Source: Spirochaetia bacterium | GTDB taxonomy: Bacteria; Spirochaetota; Spirochaetia; UBA9216 | Length of the DNA stretch: 64,000 nucleotides | Assembly (NCBI GenBank): GCA_963675665.1 | Contig: OY776510.1 | Span: 1,792,001 to 1,856,000, forward strand | Direction of reading: 5' to 3' | Shown here: piece after piece, positions 48,627 through 59,241 of the stretch | Position numbering within the stretch: the first letter of the stretch is position 1 | Layout of the letters: every line of letters begins with the position of its first letter | Translations under genes and position numbers: made by a program | Notes under the pieces: model-generated | What the model was told of the DNA's origin: nothing | The model's input: only the letters and a program-made list of their open reading frames with translations | Databases searched by the model: none

Positions 48627-49898
48627 TTAAAAGTCATGAAGGCTTTGTTCTATTTCATACATTAAATCTTCAGGCAGGAGTTGCGACGGGGCAAAATCCA
48701 TCAGGTTAATATACATTTTTTCTTTTTCCTCATCTGAAACAGGCACTATGTCTGTTACAGATCTGCTGCCCTTCGACATGTCGGAACCTGAAGCATGATA
48801 AGGTCTGACGGCCGGGTCTCCCATGGTTATAATACCCAGAAACCATGTATCGTCGGCATACCCTTCGGTATTGTACCACGATTTAAAAGCTGCGCCCCAG
48901 CAGGCCCCAAGCCCCAGTGATTTATGAAACTCAACCGGATAATATACTCCGCCGGTTTTTGTCGAGCCGAGGATGGCAATGCATGAATCGGTTTGGGTAA
49001 GGTAGTAATCAGCAAGGTTGTTTACAGTGTATCTTGCAGCCTGACAATCAAACAGGTTATAGAAATTTCCTTTAACATTATTATTTGCTATATCTTCGGT
49101 TTTTATAATTTCGTAATTGTCGTCGACATCTATAAAAAGTGCGGGCGGAAAGGCATGAATCCACTGATAAACATATTCAGATCCCCCGGATGTCAGTTTG
49201 TCCAGATATGCTGATTTTGTAGTGTTACCGTCATCCTGGTAGAGTTCAACCGAACCGTATATTGAATCCAGCCCGAAATCGTTATTCCGGTAGTTTTTAT
49301 GCCAGTCGTCGTCCTTGAAAATGAATGCTCCATCGTAAACAGGTGTGGAATTCGAACGGATTCGATAATTATGAAGCTTGTCGAAATAAAAATTAATCTC
49401 ATCTGCAGTTCCGTCTATTCTTGATACATAAAAGTCAATTGCAAGATCACTGTGAGAATCAAAATACCCGTTGCTGTCGGTATCGAGCCAGTTTGCATCA
49501 AGATCCATATAATAAAGATCCGTAGGAAACACCTCGTAGGTTCCGAAGGCGGTCTGTTCATACCAGACGGGCGGAATGTCCCCGATAAAAAAACCGCATT
49601 CTGCTTTTCCATTATATGATTGAAGGAGTAATTTCAATTCATAAGAATCTTCCGCGGGATCCAGCAATATTATATTTGAAGCAATTCCGTCTTTTGAGAT
49701 ATCCGTGCAGTAGGTTTTAATTCTGCTTTCAGTTTGGTCATAGATCGATTCATTTACTATCACCAGTACTGTATTCGGAAGATACTCGTCCGGTGTGAGA
49801 GATGGTTCAAGTACAAACAGTGAACAGCCCGATAGAACAGCAAAGGTCAGAACAACAATTGCCGGAGAAAGAAATGCTGCTGTTCGGGATGCCTTCAT
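48627..49898 (-). CDS. Lipoprotein with probable peptidase C25 (gingipain-like) domain
   Basis: Lipobox LSGC; IGDIP, TDLYYMDLD, VSRI, WIHA, FDCQ, MGDP. Confidence 0.55.
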   Translation of the reverse strand: MKASRTAAFLSPAIVVLTFAVLSGCSLFVLEPSLTPDEYLPNTVLVIVNESIYDQTESRIKTYCTDISKDGIASNIILLDPAEDSYELKLLLQSYNGKAECGFFIGDIPPVWYEQTAFGTYEVFPTDLYYMDLDANWLDTDSNGYFDSHSDLAIDFYVSRIDGTADEINFYFDKLHNYRIRSNSTPVYDGAFIFKDDDWHKNYRNNDFGLDSIYGSVELYQDDGNTTKSAYLDKLTSGGSEYVYQWIHAFPPALFIDVDDNYEIIKTEDIANNNVKGNFYNLFDCQAARYTVNNLADYYLTQTDSCIAILGSTKTGGVYYPVEFHKSLGLGACWGAAFKSWYNTEGYADDTWFLGIITMGDPAVRPYHASGSDMSKGSRSVTDIVPVSDEEKEKMYINLMDFAPSQLLPEDLMYEIEQSLHDF

Positions 49899-50005
49899 GC
49901 TAATAATTATATGTTCATCTTTTCAGTAATCAAGAATATATAGGTATTTTTTTAAAAACAGGTTATGATATATGTATATTAGAATCAGCAATGAGGAGAA
50001 AAAAT

Positions 50006-51172
50006 ATGAAAAGTTTTAAACGTCCTGCAAGTATTCTGTTTTTTACGATAATCATGCTGATAGCGCCGATTCTAACGGTTCTTGCCAACGCGTTTATCAA
50101 CATACTTCCTCTCTGGGGGGCCGGTAATCTTTTTGCCAGAATGACAGTTTCGGATATCATTATTCTGTTAATATATCCTTTGGCCGCCGTTTCCATCTAT
50201 ACTGTAACAAAAGCCGGGTGGTGGATTTTCATTGCTTCGGCAATCAGTATTTTTGTTTATAATATTGCCGCATATATAAATAACCCGATGATTTCGTTAA
50301 TCGGCGTTTTTCTTTTTAATCTGCTGCTGTTTGTTGCCGCGGGTTTCTTTTTCAGAAAGCATATTATTGCTCCGTACTTCAACCCGCGTCTGCGGTGGTG
50401 GGAGCAGGCCAGCCGTTATGACATAAACCTGGGGGTATCGCTTGAATACAGCGATTCGTATGAACTCGGATATCTTGAGGATGTTTCATTGGGCGGATGT
50501 TTTATAAGAATTTCCGAGAATATCAAAATCGGGCATGTCTATCAGCTCAGGTTATCATTGGGAAATGAAATGTCCATATCGGTAAAGGGCAGAATAATGA
50601 GAAGCGTTTTTGACGACTGCAGTCTGCCCGGATACGGAGTGATGTTTTCCAACCTTACGGAAACTGAAAAAGACGGTCTGCTGAATATGATATCCGGTCT
50701 GAATAAAATTGGAATCGGTGAAAACGGCGTAAGCGGCGAAGGCAAGACCGAATCCATTAATCAGCGTGCTTATGATCGCTATACGGTGAACATCAGTATT
50801 TCTTTTCGCTACAAGGGTGAAATATTGCCTGCAAAGCTTATCAATCTTTCAAGTACGGGAGCTTGCCTTGAAACAATGCTGGATATGGAGATGGGGGAAT
50901 TCTGCGGTTTTTACTGTACCCTTGGGTATAATTCAGCAGACGTGGACGGAGTAATCAAATGGAAAAGAAAGCTTGAGCATCACCGTCACTATGGAATAGC
51001 ATTTATAAATGAATCCAAAAGGCAGAAAGCCGATATAAGTCAAATTCTGGGCACCATAAAAGCTCTCGGCGGCAAAATCAGGCCCCGCGACCGGAAAGAA
51101 TACGACAAGCTTGTTGAGAAGACCCTGCCAGGAACACCGTATAGAATTTTCCAGAAATCCAGGAAAATTTAG
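50006..51172 (+). CDS. Membrane protein with two PilZ domains
   Basis: 4 TM; DVSLGG and QRAYDR..NLSSTG. Confidence 0.8.
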   Translation: MKSFKRPASILFFTIIMLIAPILTVLANAFINILPLWGAGNLFARMTVSDIIILLIYPLAAVSIYTVTKAGWWIFIASAISIFVYNIAAYINNPMISLIGVFLFNLLLFVAAGFFFRKHIIAPYFNPRLRWWEQASRYDINLGVSLEYSDSYELGYLEDVSLGGCFIRISENIKIGHVYQLRLSLGNEMSISVKGRIMRSVFDDCSLPGYGVMFSNLTETEKDGLLNMISGLNKIGIGENGVSGEGKTESINQRAYDRYTVNISISFRYKGEILPAKLINLSSTGACLETMLDMEMGEFCGFYCTLGYNSADVDGVIKWKRKLEHHRHYGIAFINESKRQKADISQILGTIKALGGKIRPRDRKEYDKLVEKTLPGTPYRIFQKSRKI

Positions 51173-51206
51173 GGTAACTGTCTGCGGGATTGCATTCTAA
51201 AATGCT

Positions 51207-52109
51207 TTAAAAAAGTATTCGCTTAAGCAGGCCGTCGTTTCTACGCCATTTAGGATTGACCTTGACTCTTAAATCAAGATGAACGAAATAGGGAAACAGG
51301 CCGTTCAGTTCTTTCTGGGATTCAACTCTGATCCTTTTAATATTTTCGCCTTCGCGCCCGACAAGAATTCCCTTCTGGCTGTCTCTTTCGGTTACGAGAA
51401 ATGCCCTGACCCAGAGTTTTTTTATTTCCCCCGTTTCTTTATATTTCATTTCCATATCGGCTATTTCGACATAGATTGAATGAGGCAGTTCCTGCCTGGA
51501 CAATCCTATGGCTTTTTCCCTGACAATTTCCATTATTCTGAATTCAGGCTGCTGGTCGGTATAGTAATCTTCCGGATACATGGGTTCTCCCTCAGGCGCC
51601 ATCTCAAACAAACGGTCGACTACCGCCCTGACCCCCGTACCCTTTGCTGCCGAGACTGGAAAGACTCTGCCCGAGTCCAGTATTTCTGCTGCACCCTGCT
51701 CGCGAATAAAGACCGCTGCTGTGTCCGGAGAGCTTTCCGGAAGATCTGTCTTGTTCAGCAGAACAAGTGTTTTGTCCAGATGCGGCAAAAGCATCCGGAG
51801 GATTTCAGTTTCTTCTTTTCCCGGGGGACGGCTTGTGTCCATCATATAAATTACTATATCAGACTCTTCAAGCGATGAGCCGGCAAGCTCCTTGAGGCAG
51901 TTGTTGAATTTTTTATCGGAGTTGTGATACCCCGGTGTGTCTATAAAAATCAACTGTCCTGCGTCTTCTGTTATGATTCCGCGGATTTTGTTTCTTGTAG
52001 TTTGAGGAACCGGAGAAACTATAGAAACTTTCTCCCCGCAGATACTGTTTAAAAGAGTTGATTTTCCTGCCGAAGGCCGGCCGATTATCGATATAAAAGC
52101 TGACTTCAT
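51207..52109 (-). CDS. era: GTPase Era
   Basis: GRPSAGKST, QTTR, DTPG, NKTD, KH domain. Confidence 0.95.
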   Translation of the reverse strand: MKSAFISIIGRPSAGKSTLLNSICGEKVSIVSPVPQTTRNKIRGIITEDAGQLIFIDTPGYHNSDKKFNNCLKELAGSSLEESDIVIYMMDTSRPPGKEETEILRMLLPHLDKTLVLLNKTDLPESSPDTAAVFIREQGAAEILDSGRVFPVSAAKGTGVRAVVDRLFEMAPEGEPMYPEDYYTDQQPEFRIMEIVREKAIGLSRQELPHSIYVEIADMEMKYKETGEIKKLWVRAFLVTERDSQKGILVGREGENIKRIRVESQKELNGLFPYFVHLDLRVKVNPKWRRNDGLLKRILF

Positions 52110-52257
52110 TGCTATATTTTAGTAAATTATATAAAATAAACAATAGTAAAAGCAAATGAAACATGGAATAGTACAGTTAAACTGAATTATTTAATCAGTA
52201 ACATCGCTATCGGGCTGCTCTGCAGCTTAAAGCGTATATTTTGGAGGATCTTTGTAA

Positions 52258-52845
52258 ATGAGCGAAAAAGAAAAAGATAAAGATAAAGGCAAAGAACAGG
52301 AGCAGGAAGCAACACTGGAAAAAATGTTGAAGACCAGAACAATTATTCTTTCCGGTGAAGTAAACAAGGAGCTTGCCGAGAAGGTTATCAGGCAGCTTCT
52401 CCTTCTTGAAGCTGATTCTGATGAACCTGTAAAAGTGTTTATAGATTCTCCCGGCGGAGATGTTGATGCCGGATTTGCAATATTCGACATGATCAGATTT
52501 GTTAAACCGGAAGTTTATACAATAGGGATGGGACTTGTCGCAAGCGCCGGAGCGCTGATTCTTCTTGCTGCTCCCAAAGACAGAAGAATAGGACTTCCCA
52601 ACTCTCATTATCTTATCCATCAGCCGCTTTCCGGAATGCGTGGTGTAGCAACAGAAATTGAAATACATGCCAAAGAGCTTGAGAAGCTCCGGATTAAACT
52701 AAATAATCTTATAGCTGAAGAAACCGGCCAGAAAATTGACCAGGTTGAGAAGGACACTGATCGCGATTACTGGATGGGTTCTGCTGAAGCGCTTGATTAC
52801 GGACTTATTTCAAAGGTTGTCAAAAGCAGAAATGAGATGGAATGA
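52258..52845 (+). CDS. clpP: ATP-dependent Clp protease proteolytic subunit
   Basis: DSPGG, ASAG, IHQP, DRD. Confidence 0.93.
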   Translation: MSEKEKDKDKGKEQEQEATLEKMLKTRTIILSGEVNKELAEKVIRQLLLLEADSDEPVKVFIDSPGGDVDAGFAIFDMIRFVKPEVYTIGMGLVASAGALILLAAPKDRRIGLPNSHYLIHQPLSGMRGVATEIEIHAKELEKLRIKLNNLIAEETGQKIDQVEKDTDRDYWMGSAEALDYGLISKVVKSRNEME

Positions 52846-52908
52846 TAAAAGTACATCCATGTACTTTTATCATTTTGAAGTTTAAGAAACTGCGTTTCTT
52901 AAACTTCA
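52842..52908. terminator. Two tandem hairpins after clpP
   Basis: TGATAAAAGTACAT-CC-ATGTACTTTTATCA and GAAGTTTAAGAAAC-TGC-GTTTCTTAAACTTC. Confidence 0.55.
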
Positions 52909-52969
52909 CTACAATAGTGTCCGTACTTGGACTATGTTGATCTGCGAACAAGAGTTTTTTACGGGAGTA

Positions 52970-53923
52970 ATGATGAATATTTCAGATGCTTTAAAGAATA
53001 CTTTCGGCGGGTTTGAAAAATCTGCAGTTCCAGCCGGCTCGAATTTTATCTCGGGAAAGGTCCGCGATATTTTTGATAAGGGCGACAAGCTGGTCATTTC
53101 AACAACGGACAGAATCTCCGCTTTCGACAGGGTACTTTCTACTATTCCGTACAAGGGAGAAGTTCTGAACCGGTTGTCGCTTTTCTGGTTTGAGAATACA
53201 TCGGATATCGTGTGCAATCATATTGCTGAAAAGATAACAGCCCGCACCGTAGCGGTGAAGAAATGTGAAGTTCTTCCAGTCGAGGTTATAGTTCGAGGGT
53301 ATCTGACGGGTTCCGCCTGGCGTGATTACAATGAAGGTCGGTCCGTTTCCGGGATAAATCTTCCTTCCGGAATGAAAATGAACCAGAGATTTGATACCCC
53401 TCTGTTGACTCCTTCGACCAAGGCGGAGCAGGGAGAGCATGATATGCCGGTAAGCTGTGATGAAATAGTAAAAACCGGTCTTGTAGAAGAAAGCCTGTGG
53501 CGGAAGGTTGAGAAAGCGGCCCTTGATTTATTTAAATTCGGAAGCGAGGTCCTTGAATCAAGAGGATTGATTCTGGTTGATACAAAATATGAATTCGGCC
53601 TTCTCGACGGAGAGCTTGTTGTTGTTGACGAGATGCATACGCCTGATTCCAGCCGGTTCTGGTATGCAGACACCTATAACAAGCTTTTTGAAGCCGGAGA
53701 AAAGCAACGGAAGATAGACAAGGAATATCTGCGGCAGTGGTTAATGGAAGAAAAGAACTTTATGGGAAATGGAGAATCTCCGGAGATTCCGGACGATGTC
53801 CGAATGGAAGTAAGCCGCCGTTATGTACAGGCTTTTGAACTTATTACAGGTCTTGATTTTGTTCCCGAGGCGCCGGTGCCTGAGGAAGAAATCATGGCGA
53901 TTACCGCATACCTTGAGCAGTAA
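52970..53923 (+). CDS. purC: SAICAR synthetase
   Basis: GKVRD, DRISAFD, DTKYEFG, TPDSSRFW, DKEY. Confidence 0.95.
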   Translation: MMNISDALKNTFGGFEKSAVPAGSNFISGKVRDIFDKGDKLVISTTDRISAFDRVLSTIPYKGEVLNRLSLFWFENTSDIVCNHIAEKITARTVAVKKCEVLPVEVIVRGYLTGSAWRDYNEGRSVSGINLPSGMKMNQRFDTPLLTPSTKAEQGEHDMPVSCDEIVKTGLVEESLWRKVEKAALDLFKFGSEVLESRGLILVDTKYEFGLLDGELVVVDEMHTPDSSRFWYADTYNKLFEAGEKQRKIDKEYLRQWLMEEKNFMGNGESPEIPDDVRMEVSRRYVQAFELITGLDFVPEAPVPEEEIMAITAYLEQ

Positions 53924-54016
53924 ACCCGGTACAGAGGAATAATATAAAAGCCGTAAAGTAATTCGCTATGCGGCTTTTTTAAAAGCATCAGAAAAAAAGC
54001 CCGGTATACAATCAAT

Positions 54017-55066
54017 ATGAGAGCTTTATTCTGCCTTGTAATCGCCGCCGGATTGTTTTTCTGCAGCTGTGAATCCGGTAATTCCGAAGATGAATCTTTT
54101 CTTATCATGTCCTGGAACGTTCAGAATCTCTTCGACGATGTAGATAATGGCACCGAATACCGGGAATACGATCCCGCTAACGGAGAATGGGATTATGATA
54201 ATTTCAGCAGGAAAGCTGAAGCTCTGGCGGAAGTTATTATAGCCGCAGCTGCCGGAGGGCCTGATATAGTACTTCTGCAGGAAGTAGAAAATGAAAATGC
54301 CCTTGCACATCTGAATGATAACTATCTTAAAGACTGCGATTATATTTATTCTTTGTTTTTACCCACAGCGGAATCCGCTATAGGCTGCGGAGTCCTGAGC
54401 AGACTGCCGATCAGCGGAGTAAGCAGCCATTCGGTCATGCTTGACGGTAAGGCGATGGGCAGAAACATTTCTGCCGTTGATTTCGCCATGGACGATAACT
54501 CAACTGCGTTCAGGGTCTTTGTTAATCACTGGAAGTCGAAACTCGGGGGAGCTGAAGAGACCGAACCTGCCCGCCTTGCAGCAGCTGAAATGCTTGGAGG
54601 ACTGATGAAAAAATCGGTTGAAAAGAATGCGGCCCTTGCCGTAATTGCCGCCGGAGATTTTAATGAGTCTCACGATGAGTTCAGAAGGACTGAGGGCAGC
54701 TATCCCACGGCGCTTTGTCCGGTGTCTGCATTGCCCCCAGACGGTGTTGAATCAGCTTTGGGATTATTGTATTCTTCAGATCCTGACGATGTTGCGGTAA
54801 ATCCCGGAACGGTGTTCTTTAATCCCTGGTCTTCTTCAGAGTTTTTCGGAAGCTATTTTTACAGTGGCTGCTGGGAGACCATAGACCAGTTCTTCTGTAC
54901 CGCCGCTCTTTTTGACGGAACAGGATGGGAGTATTCAGGTTTTTCGGTTGCCGTTACCGGATTCAATTCCACGTCTGAAGGTTATCCGCTGGAATGGCGG
55001 ACTTCGTCGTCAGACGGATATTCGGATCATTACCCTGTGCTGCTTGAATTAAAGAGGGCTGAATGA
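54017..55066 (+). CDS. Endonuclease/exonuclease/phosphatase family lipoprotein
   Basis: SWNVQNLFD, QEVE, NHWKSK, GDFN, SDHYP. Confidence 0.9.
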   Translation: MRALFCLVIAAGLFFCSCESGNSEDESFLIMSWNVQNLFDDVDNGTEYREYDPANGEWDYDNFSRKAEALAEVIIAAAAGGPDIVLLQEVENENALAHLNDNYLKDCDYIYSLFLPTAESAIGCGVLSRLPISGVSSHSVMLDGKAMGRNISAVDFAMDDNSTAFRVFVNHWKSKLGGAEETEPARLAAAEMLGGLMKKSVEKNAALAVIAAGDFNESHDEFRRTEGSYPTALCPVSALPPDGVESALGLLYSSDPDDVAVNPGTVFFNPWSSSEFFGSYFYSGCWETIDQFFCTAALFDGTGWEYSGFSVAVTGFNSTSEGYPLEWRTSSSDGYSDHYPVLLELKRAE

Positions 55067-55714
55067 TCACTCTGTCTCGTTAACCATGTTTACCTGATAA
55101 AAAAGGTGTTCAAGTTCCAGACAGATGTTTATATTGTGTATTGTACAGGCTGGTTCCTCTTTATCAATTTCTCCCCGCTGGTTAATTCTGAGTTCGATTG
55201 ATGCAAAGTTGAGAATCCCGCGGATGCCGGAATCTATCATGAGTTCGAGTGTTGCCGCAGCTTCGCTGTCCGGTACAGCAATTATCCCAACACGTGTATC
55301 GTTTTTTCTGACAAACTCTTTCATCTCTCTGACGTGGTAGATTGGCACTCCGGAGGTTTTTGAAACATTTTCCGGCGCAATATCAAATCCTGCAATTATT
55401 TTAATTCCTTCGGTTCTGAATTCTTCATATTGCATCAGTGCTGTTCCGATCCGTCCGCATCCGGCTACTATTACCTCCTGGGGTTTGTCGCGGCCAAGGA
55501 CGACATCAAGCTTTTCTATAAGCATGTCTATATCGTAGCCTCCGCGTTTGTTGCCGGGCAGACTTAGTACTGAAAAGTCTTTTCTTACAAGGGAAGGGGT
55601 TACTCCAATTGCATCTCCGAGGTTGTTGGAGAAGACCCGTTCGAGGCCGAGTGCTTTTAATTTAAACAACAGTCTTTTGTATTTTGATAATCTGAGTATC
55701 AATTCCTTGTTCAT
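55067..55714 (-). CDS. rex: Redox-sensing repressor Rex
   Basis: RLSKY, VRKDFS, GGY, GCGRIG, GILNFA. Confidence 0.9.
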   Translation of the reverse strand: MNKELILRLSKYKRLLFKLKALGLERVFSNNLGDAIGVTPSLVRKDFSVLSLPGNKRGGYDIDMLIEKLDVVLGRDKPQEVIVAGCGRIGTALMQYEEFRTEGIKIIAGFDIAPENVSKTSGVPIYHVREMKEFVRKNDTRVGIIAVPDSEAAATLELMIDSGIRGILNFASIELRINQRGEIDKEEPACTIHNINICLELEHLFYQVNMVNETE

Positions 55715-55761
55715 TTGCAGAAAACTCTCCTTGTTGTGAAAAATGGACAATATAATAATTT

Positions 55762-55785
55762 TTGTTGTTATTTGAATCACAACAA
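55762..55785. promoter_or_regulatory. Rex operator
   Basis: TTGTTATTTGAATCACAA (55765-82) fits TTGTGAA-N4-TTCACAA; a weaker site lies at 55734-50. Confidence 0.75.
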
Positions 55786-55957
55786 CTTGTCTATTATATA
55801 TTTTTATTTTATTATATGCAAGATTTTATTTTAAAAAGCATCAAAATAATGCAAGAAATGACCTATATTTTATTTAAATGTATTGACTTTTTACATAATC
55901 TAACTATTCTCTATTAATAAGGTTAAATCCCAAATACAAAGATACACAGGAGGAACT

Positions 55958-56446
55958 ATGGCTGTAGAGACGGCTCCTCAAATAGAATTTTCCAATGAAT
56001 TAGTATCATTTATCGAGGACTGGAAATCCAAACCCGGTAATTTGATCATGGTACTGCACAGGGTGCAGCAGGAATTCGGTTTTATACCTCGTGAAGCGGC
56101 AATCAGGGTTGCCGAAATGCTTGATACTCCGTTGGCAAAGATCTACGGAGTTATTACGTTTTATCATTTTTTCAAACTTGATAAGCCCGGAAAATACAAT
56201 ATTCAGGTATGTATGGGAACGGCATGCTATCTGAAGGGAGGAGAAGATCTTCTTAATGAACTTGAGACACTTCTCGGTATCAGCGTGAATGAAGTGACCG
56301 ACGACGGACTGTTTTCAATCGAATCAGTTAGATGTGTCGGCTGCTGCGGTCTGGCTCCGGTAATGATAGTAGGCGGAGAGGTTTTCGGCAAAGTTACCAG
56401 GGACGAACTGCCTGAGGTAATCGCAAGGTTTAGAGAAAAAGAATAA
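55958..56446 (+). CDS. Hydrogenase NuoE-like subunit (HndA/HydC)
   Basis: CMGTAC, CVGCC. Confidence 0.92.
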   Translation: MAVETAPQIEFSNELVSFIEDWKSKPGNLIMVLHRVQQEFGFIPREAAIRVAEMLDTPLAKIYGVITFYHFFKLDKPGKYNIQVCMGTACYLKGGEDLLNELETLLGISVNEVTDDGLFSIESVRCVGCCGLAPVMIVGGEVFGKVTRDELPEVIARFREKE

Positions 56447-56447
56447 A

Positions 56448-57029
56448 ATGCATGCAGCTGTCTGCGATTTCATACTGGATTGTCTGCAGAATTCAATTGA
56501 AGCGGATGCTTCGGAAATCAGATTATTGATTGACGAGACCGACGATTTTTTTTCTGTGACGATTGCGGATAACGGAATCGGAATGACGGATGCAGAGCAG
56601 TGCAGAGCTGTTGATCCTTTTTATACCGACGGACTGAAGCATTCAAAACGCAGGGTAGGTCTTGGCCTGCCGTTTATGATTCAGGCGGTACAGCTTGCCG
56701 ACGGCGCATGGTCGCTGTCATCGGAAAAAGGCATCGGTACCGAAGTGAGTTTTTCCTTCAGGTCCGGGCATGTCGATACGCCTCCGACAGGCGATATCAG
56801 CGGTATGATTTTACAGGCTTTTATGTTCGACGGTGATTATGAACTTGTGGTTGAACGGAAGTTGGTTAGGAACAACAGGAGCAATTGTTACTTTTTAAAA
56901 CGATCGGAGATTAGGGAAGTTCTTGGTGATTTGAACGACGCAGATTCGCTTGTTATGGCAAGAGAGTTTCTACGTTCCCAGGAAGAAGATTATCTTCTTA
57001 ATAAAGAAGATTTAGAAGGAGACAGATGA
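56448..57029 (+). CDS. Stand-alone HATPase (histidine-kinase-like ATP-binding) protein
   Basis: QNSIEA, DNGIGM, DPFYT, GLGLP. Confidence 0.85.
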   Translation: MHAAVCDFILDCLQNSIEADASEIRLLIDETDDFFSVTIADNGIGMTDAEQCRAVDPFYTDGLKHSKRRVGLGLPFMIQAVQLADGAWSLSSEKGIGTEVSFSFRSGHVDTPPTGDISGMILQAFMFDGDYELVVERKLVRNNRSNCYFLKRSEIREVLGDLNDADSLVMAREFLRSQEEDYLLNKEDLEGDR

Positions 57030-57421
57030 TGGCTAAAATGACTCTGGAAGAACTCAGAAAGCTGCGGGACAGCAAAAAGGGTGAGCTTCATAAAAGAGAT
57101 ACAGAAGGTAAAAGTATACATATTATCATTGGAATGGGTACCTGCGGTATTGCTGCCGGGGCTAAGGTATCGCTTGATGCATTCCTTGATGAAATCGAAA
57201 AGCACAAAGTTGAGAACGTGACTGTAAAACAGACCGGTTGTATGGGTCTGTGTTACGTTGAACCAACTGTTGAAGTGAAGGTTCCCGGAATGCCCGATAC
57301 TATTTATGGAAATGTAGATGCGCAAACCGCGCGCAAAATTATTACGGAGCATATCCTTGAGGGAAAGCTTGTGGATAATCATATCTTCGACAAGCCCGCC
57401 AAAGATATTGTCAAGGAATAA
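57029..57421 (+). CDS. Thioredoxin-like 2Fe-2S ferredoxin (HndB/HydD)
   Basis: GMGTCGIAAGA, TGCMGLC. Confidence 0.9.
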   Translation: MAKMTLEELRKLRDSKKGELHKRDTEGKSIHIIIGMGTCGIAAGAKVSLDAFLDEIEKHKVENVTVKQTGCMGLCYVEPTVEVKVPGMPDTIYGNVDAQTARKIITEHILEGKLVDNHIFDKPAKDIVKE

Positions 57422-57432
57422 CGGAGGTTAGT

Positions 57433-59226
57433 ATGGCAGTAAAGAACTATATACTTGTTTGCGGCGGTACAGCCTGCGAATCAAGTAAGGCAACAGAAAT
57501 CTTCGATGCGCTTAAGTCTGAAGCGGAAGCCCAGGGCGTGCATAATGAAGTTCAGATAGTTAAAACAGGATGTTTCGGTTTCTGTGAAAAAGGACCGATT
57601 GTTAAAATTCTTCCGGAAGAAGCTTTTTACGTCGAGGTCAAACCGGAAGACGCAAAAGAAATCATTTCCGAATCTATTGTTAAAGGAAGAATGGTAAAAA
57701 GACTTCTTTATGTAGATGAAGAAGAACAGAATAAAGATGAATTTGATATTGAAAATATAAAGTTTTATCAAAAACAGGTAAGAATTGTACTTCGAAACTG
57801 CGGTTTTATTGATCCCGAAAAGATTGATGAATATATCGCCCGTGAAGGCTATGCAGCACTTGAAAAGGTCCTGTTTGATATGAGTCCTGATGATGTGATC
57901 AATGAACTCAGGGAGTCGGGACTCAGGGGGCGCGGCGGTGCCGGTTTCCCGACCTGGATGAAATGGAATTTCACAAAGAATGTTACAAACGACCAGAAAT
58001 TTATAGTCTGTAATGCCGATGAGGGCGACCCCGGCGCATACATGGACAGATCTACTCTTGAAGGCGACCCGCACTCCGTACTTGAAGCTATGACTATAGC
58101 CGGATACGCTGTGGGTGCAAGCAAGGGTGTTATTTATATCCGGGCGGAATATCCGCTTGCAATTGAAAGGCTTGAAATTGCCATCAAACAGGCACGGGAA
58201 TACGGCCTGTTGGGAAAAGATATTCTCGGAAGCGGTTTTGATTTTGATTTTGAGATCAGGCTTGGCGCCGGTGCATTTGTCTGCGGTGAAGAAACTGCTC
58301 TGCTTCGTTCAATAGAAGGCAACCGGGGTATGCCTACTCCCAAACCGCCTTTTCCGGCAGTTGAAGGTCTGTGGGGAAAACCGACAGTTATAAACAATGT
58401 TGAAACCTGGGCGAATATTCCCATGATTATTATCAAAGGCGGCGAATGGTTCCGTTCAATCGGTACCGAGCGTTCATCAGGAACCAAGGTATTTGCCCTT
58501 ACCGGTAAAATAAATAACTCGGGTCTTGTTGAGGTTCCTATGGGAACAACTCTTCGCGAGATCGTTTTTGATATCGGCGGAGGAATCCGCGGCGGTAAGA
58601 AATTCAAGGCTGTACAGACCGGCGGACCGTCAGGCGGTGTAATCACGTCCGAGTTCCTCGATACTCCGATTGATTTTGATCAGTTGACGGCAATCGGCTC
58701 CATGATGGGTTCCGGCGGAATGATTGTCATGGACGAGGACGACTGTATCATCGATGTCGCCAAATTTTACCAGGCGTTCTGTGTTGAAGAATCCTGCGGA
58801 AAATGTGCTCCATGCCGAATCGGAACAAGAAAACTCTATGATATTCTGGACAAGATTTCAAAGGGAAAAGGCACACATAAAGACCTTGAAAACCTCGAGA
58901 TTATCGGTACTGCAATGAAAAAAGCTGCTCTCTGCGGCCTCGGACAAACTGCGCCGAACCCGATTCTTTCATCAATGAATTATTTCAGGAATGAATATCT
59001 TGAACATATTGACGACAAGGTATGTAAGGCCGGCAAATGTAAGGATCTTGTCAGGTTTGAAATAAACCCGGACAAGTGTATCGGTTGTACCGTATGCGCC
59101 AGAAAGTGTCCGGTCGGATGTATCAGCGGCGAAAGAAAACTGCCGCATGTAATAGATCAGGATCAGTGTGTCAAGTGTGGTGAATGTTATGCTGCATGTA
59201 AATTCGGCGCAATTACCAAGAGATAA
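57433..59226 (+). CDS. Hydrogenase NuoF-like diaphorase subunit (HndC/HydB)
   Basis: GRGGAGFP, NADEGDPG, ESCGKC, two C-terminal 4Fe-4S motifs. Confidence 0.95.
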   Translation: MAVKNYILVCGGTACESSKATEIFDALKSEAEAQGVHNEVQIVKTGCFGFCEKGPIVKILPEEAFYVEVKPEDAKEIISESIVKGRMVKRLLYVDEEEQNKDEFDIENIKFYQKQVRIVLRNCGFIDPEKIDEYIAREGYAALEKVLFDMSPDDVINELRESGLRGRGGAGFPTWMKWNFTKNVTNDQKFIVCNADEGDPGAYMDRSTLEGDPHSVLEAMTIAGYAVGASKGVIYIRAEYPLAIERLEIAIKQAREYGLLGKDILGSGFDFDFEIRLGAGAFVCGEETALLRSIEGNRGMPTPKPPFPAVEGLWGKPTVINNVETWANIPMIIIKGGEWFRSIGTERSSGTKVFALTGKINNSGLVEVPMGTTLREIVFDIGGGIRGGKKFKAVQTGGPSGGVITSEFLDTPIDFDQLTAIGSMMGSGGMIVMDEDDCIIDVAKFYQAFCVEESCGKCAPCRIGTRKLYDILDKISKGKGTHKDLENLEIIGTAMKKAALCGLGQTAPNPILSSMNYFRNEYLEHIDDKVCKAGKCKDLVRFEINPDKCIGCTVCARKCPVGCISGERKLPHVIDQDQCVKCGECYAACKFGAITKR

Positions 59227-59241
59227 TCAAGGAGAATAACA

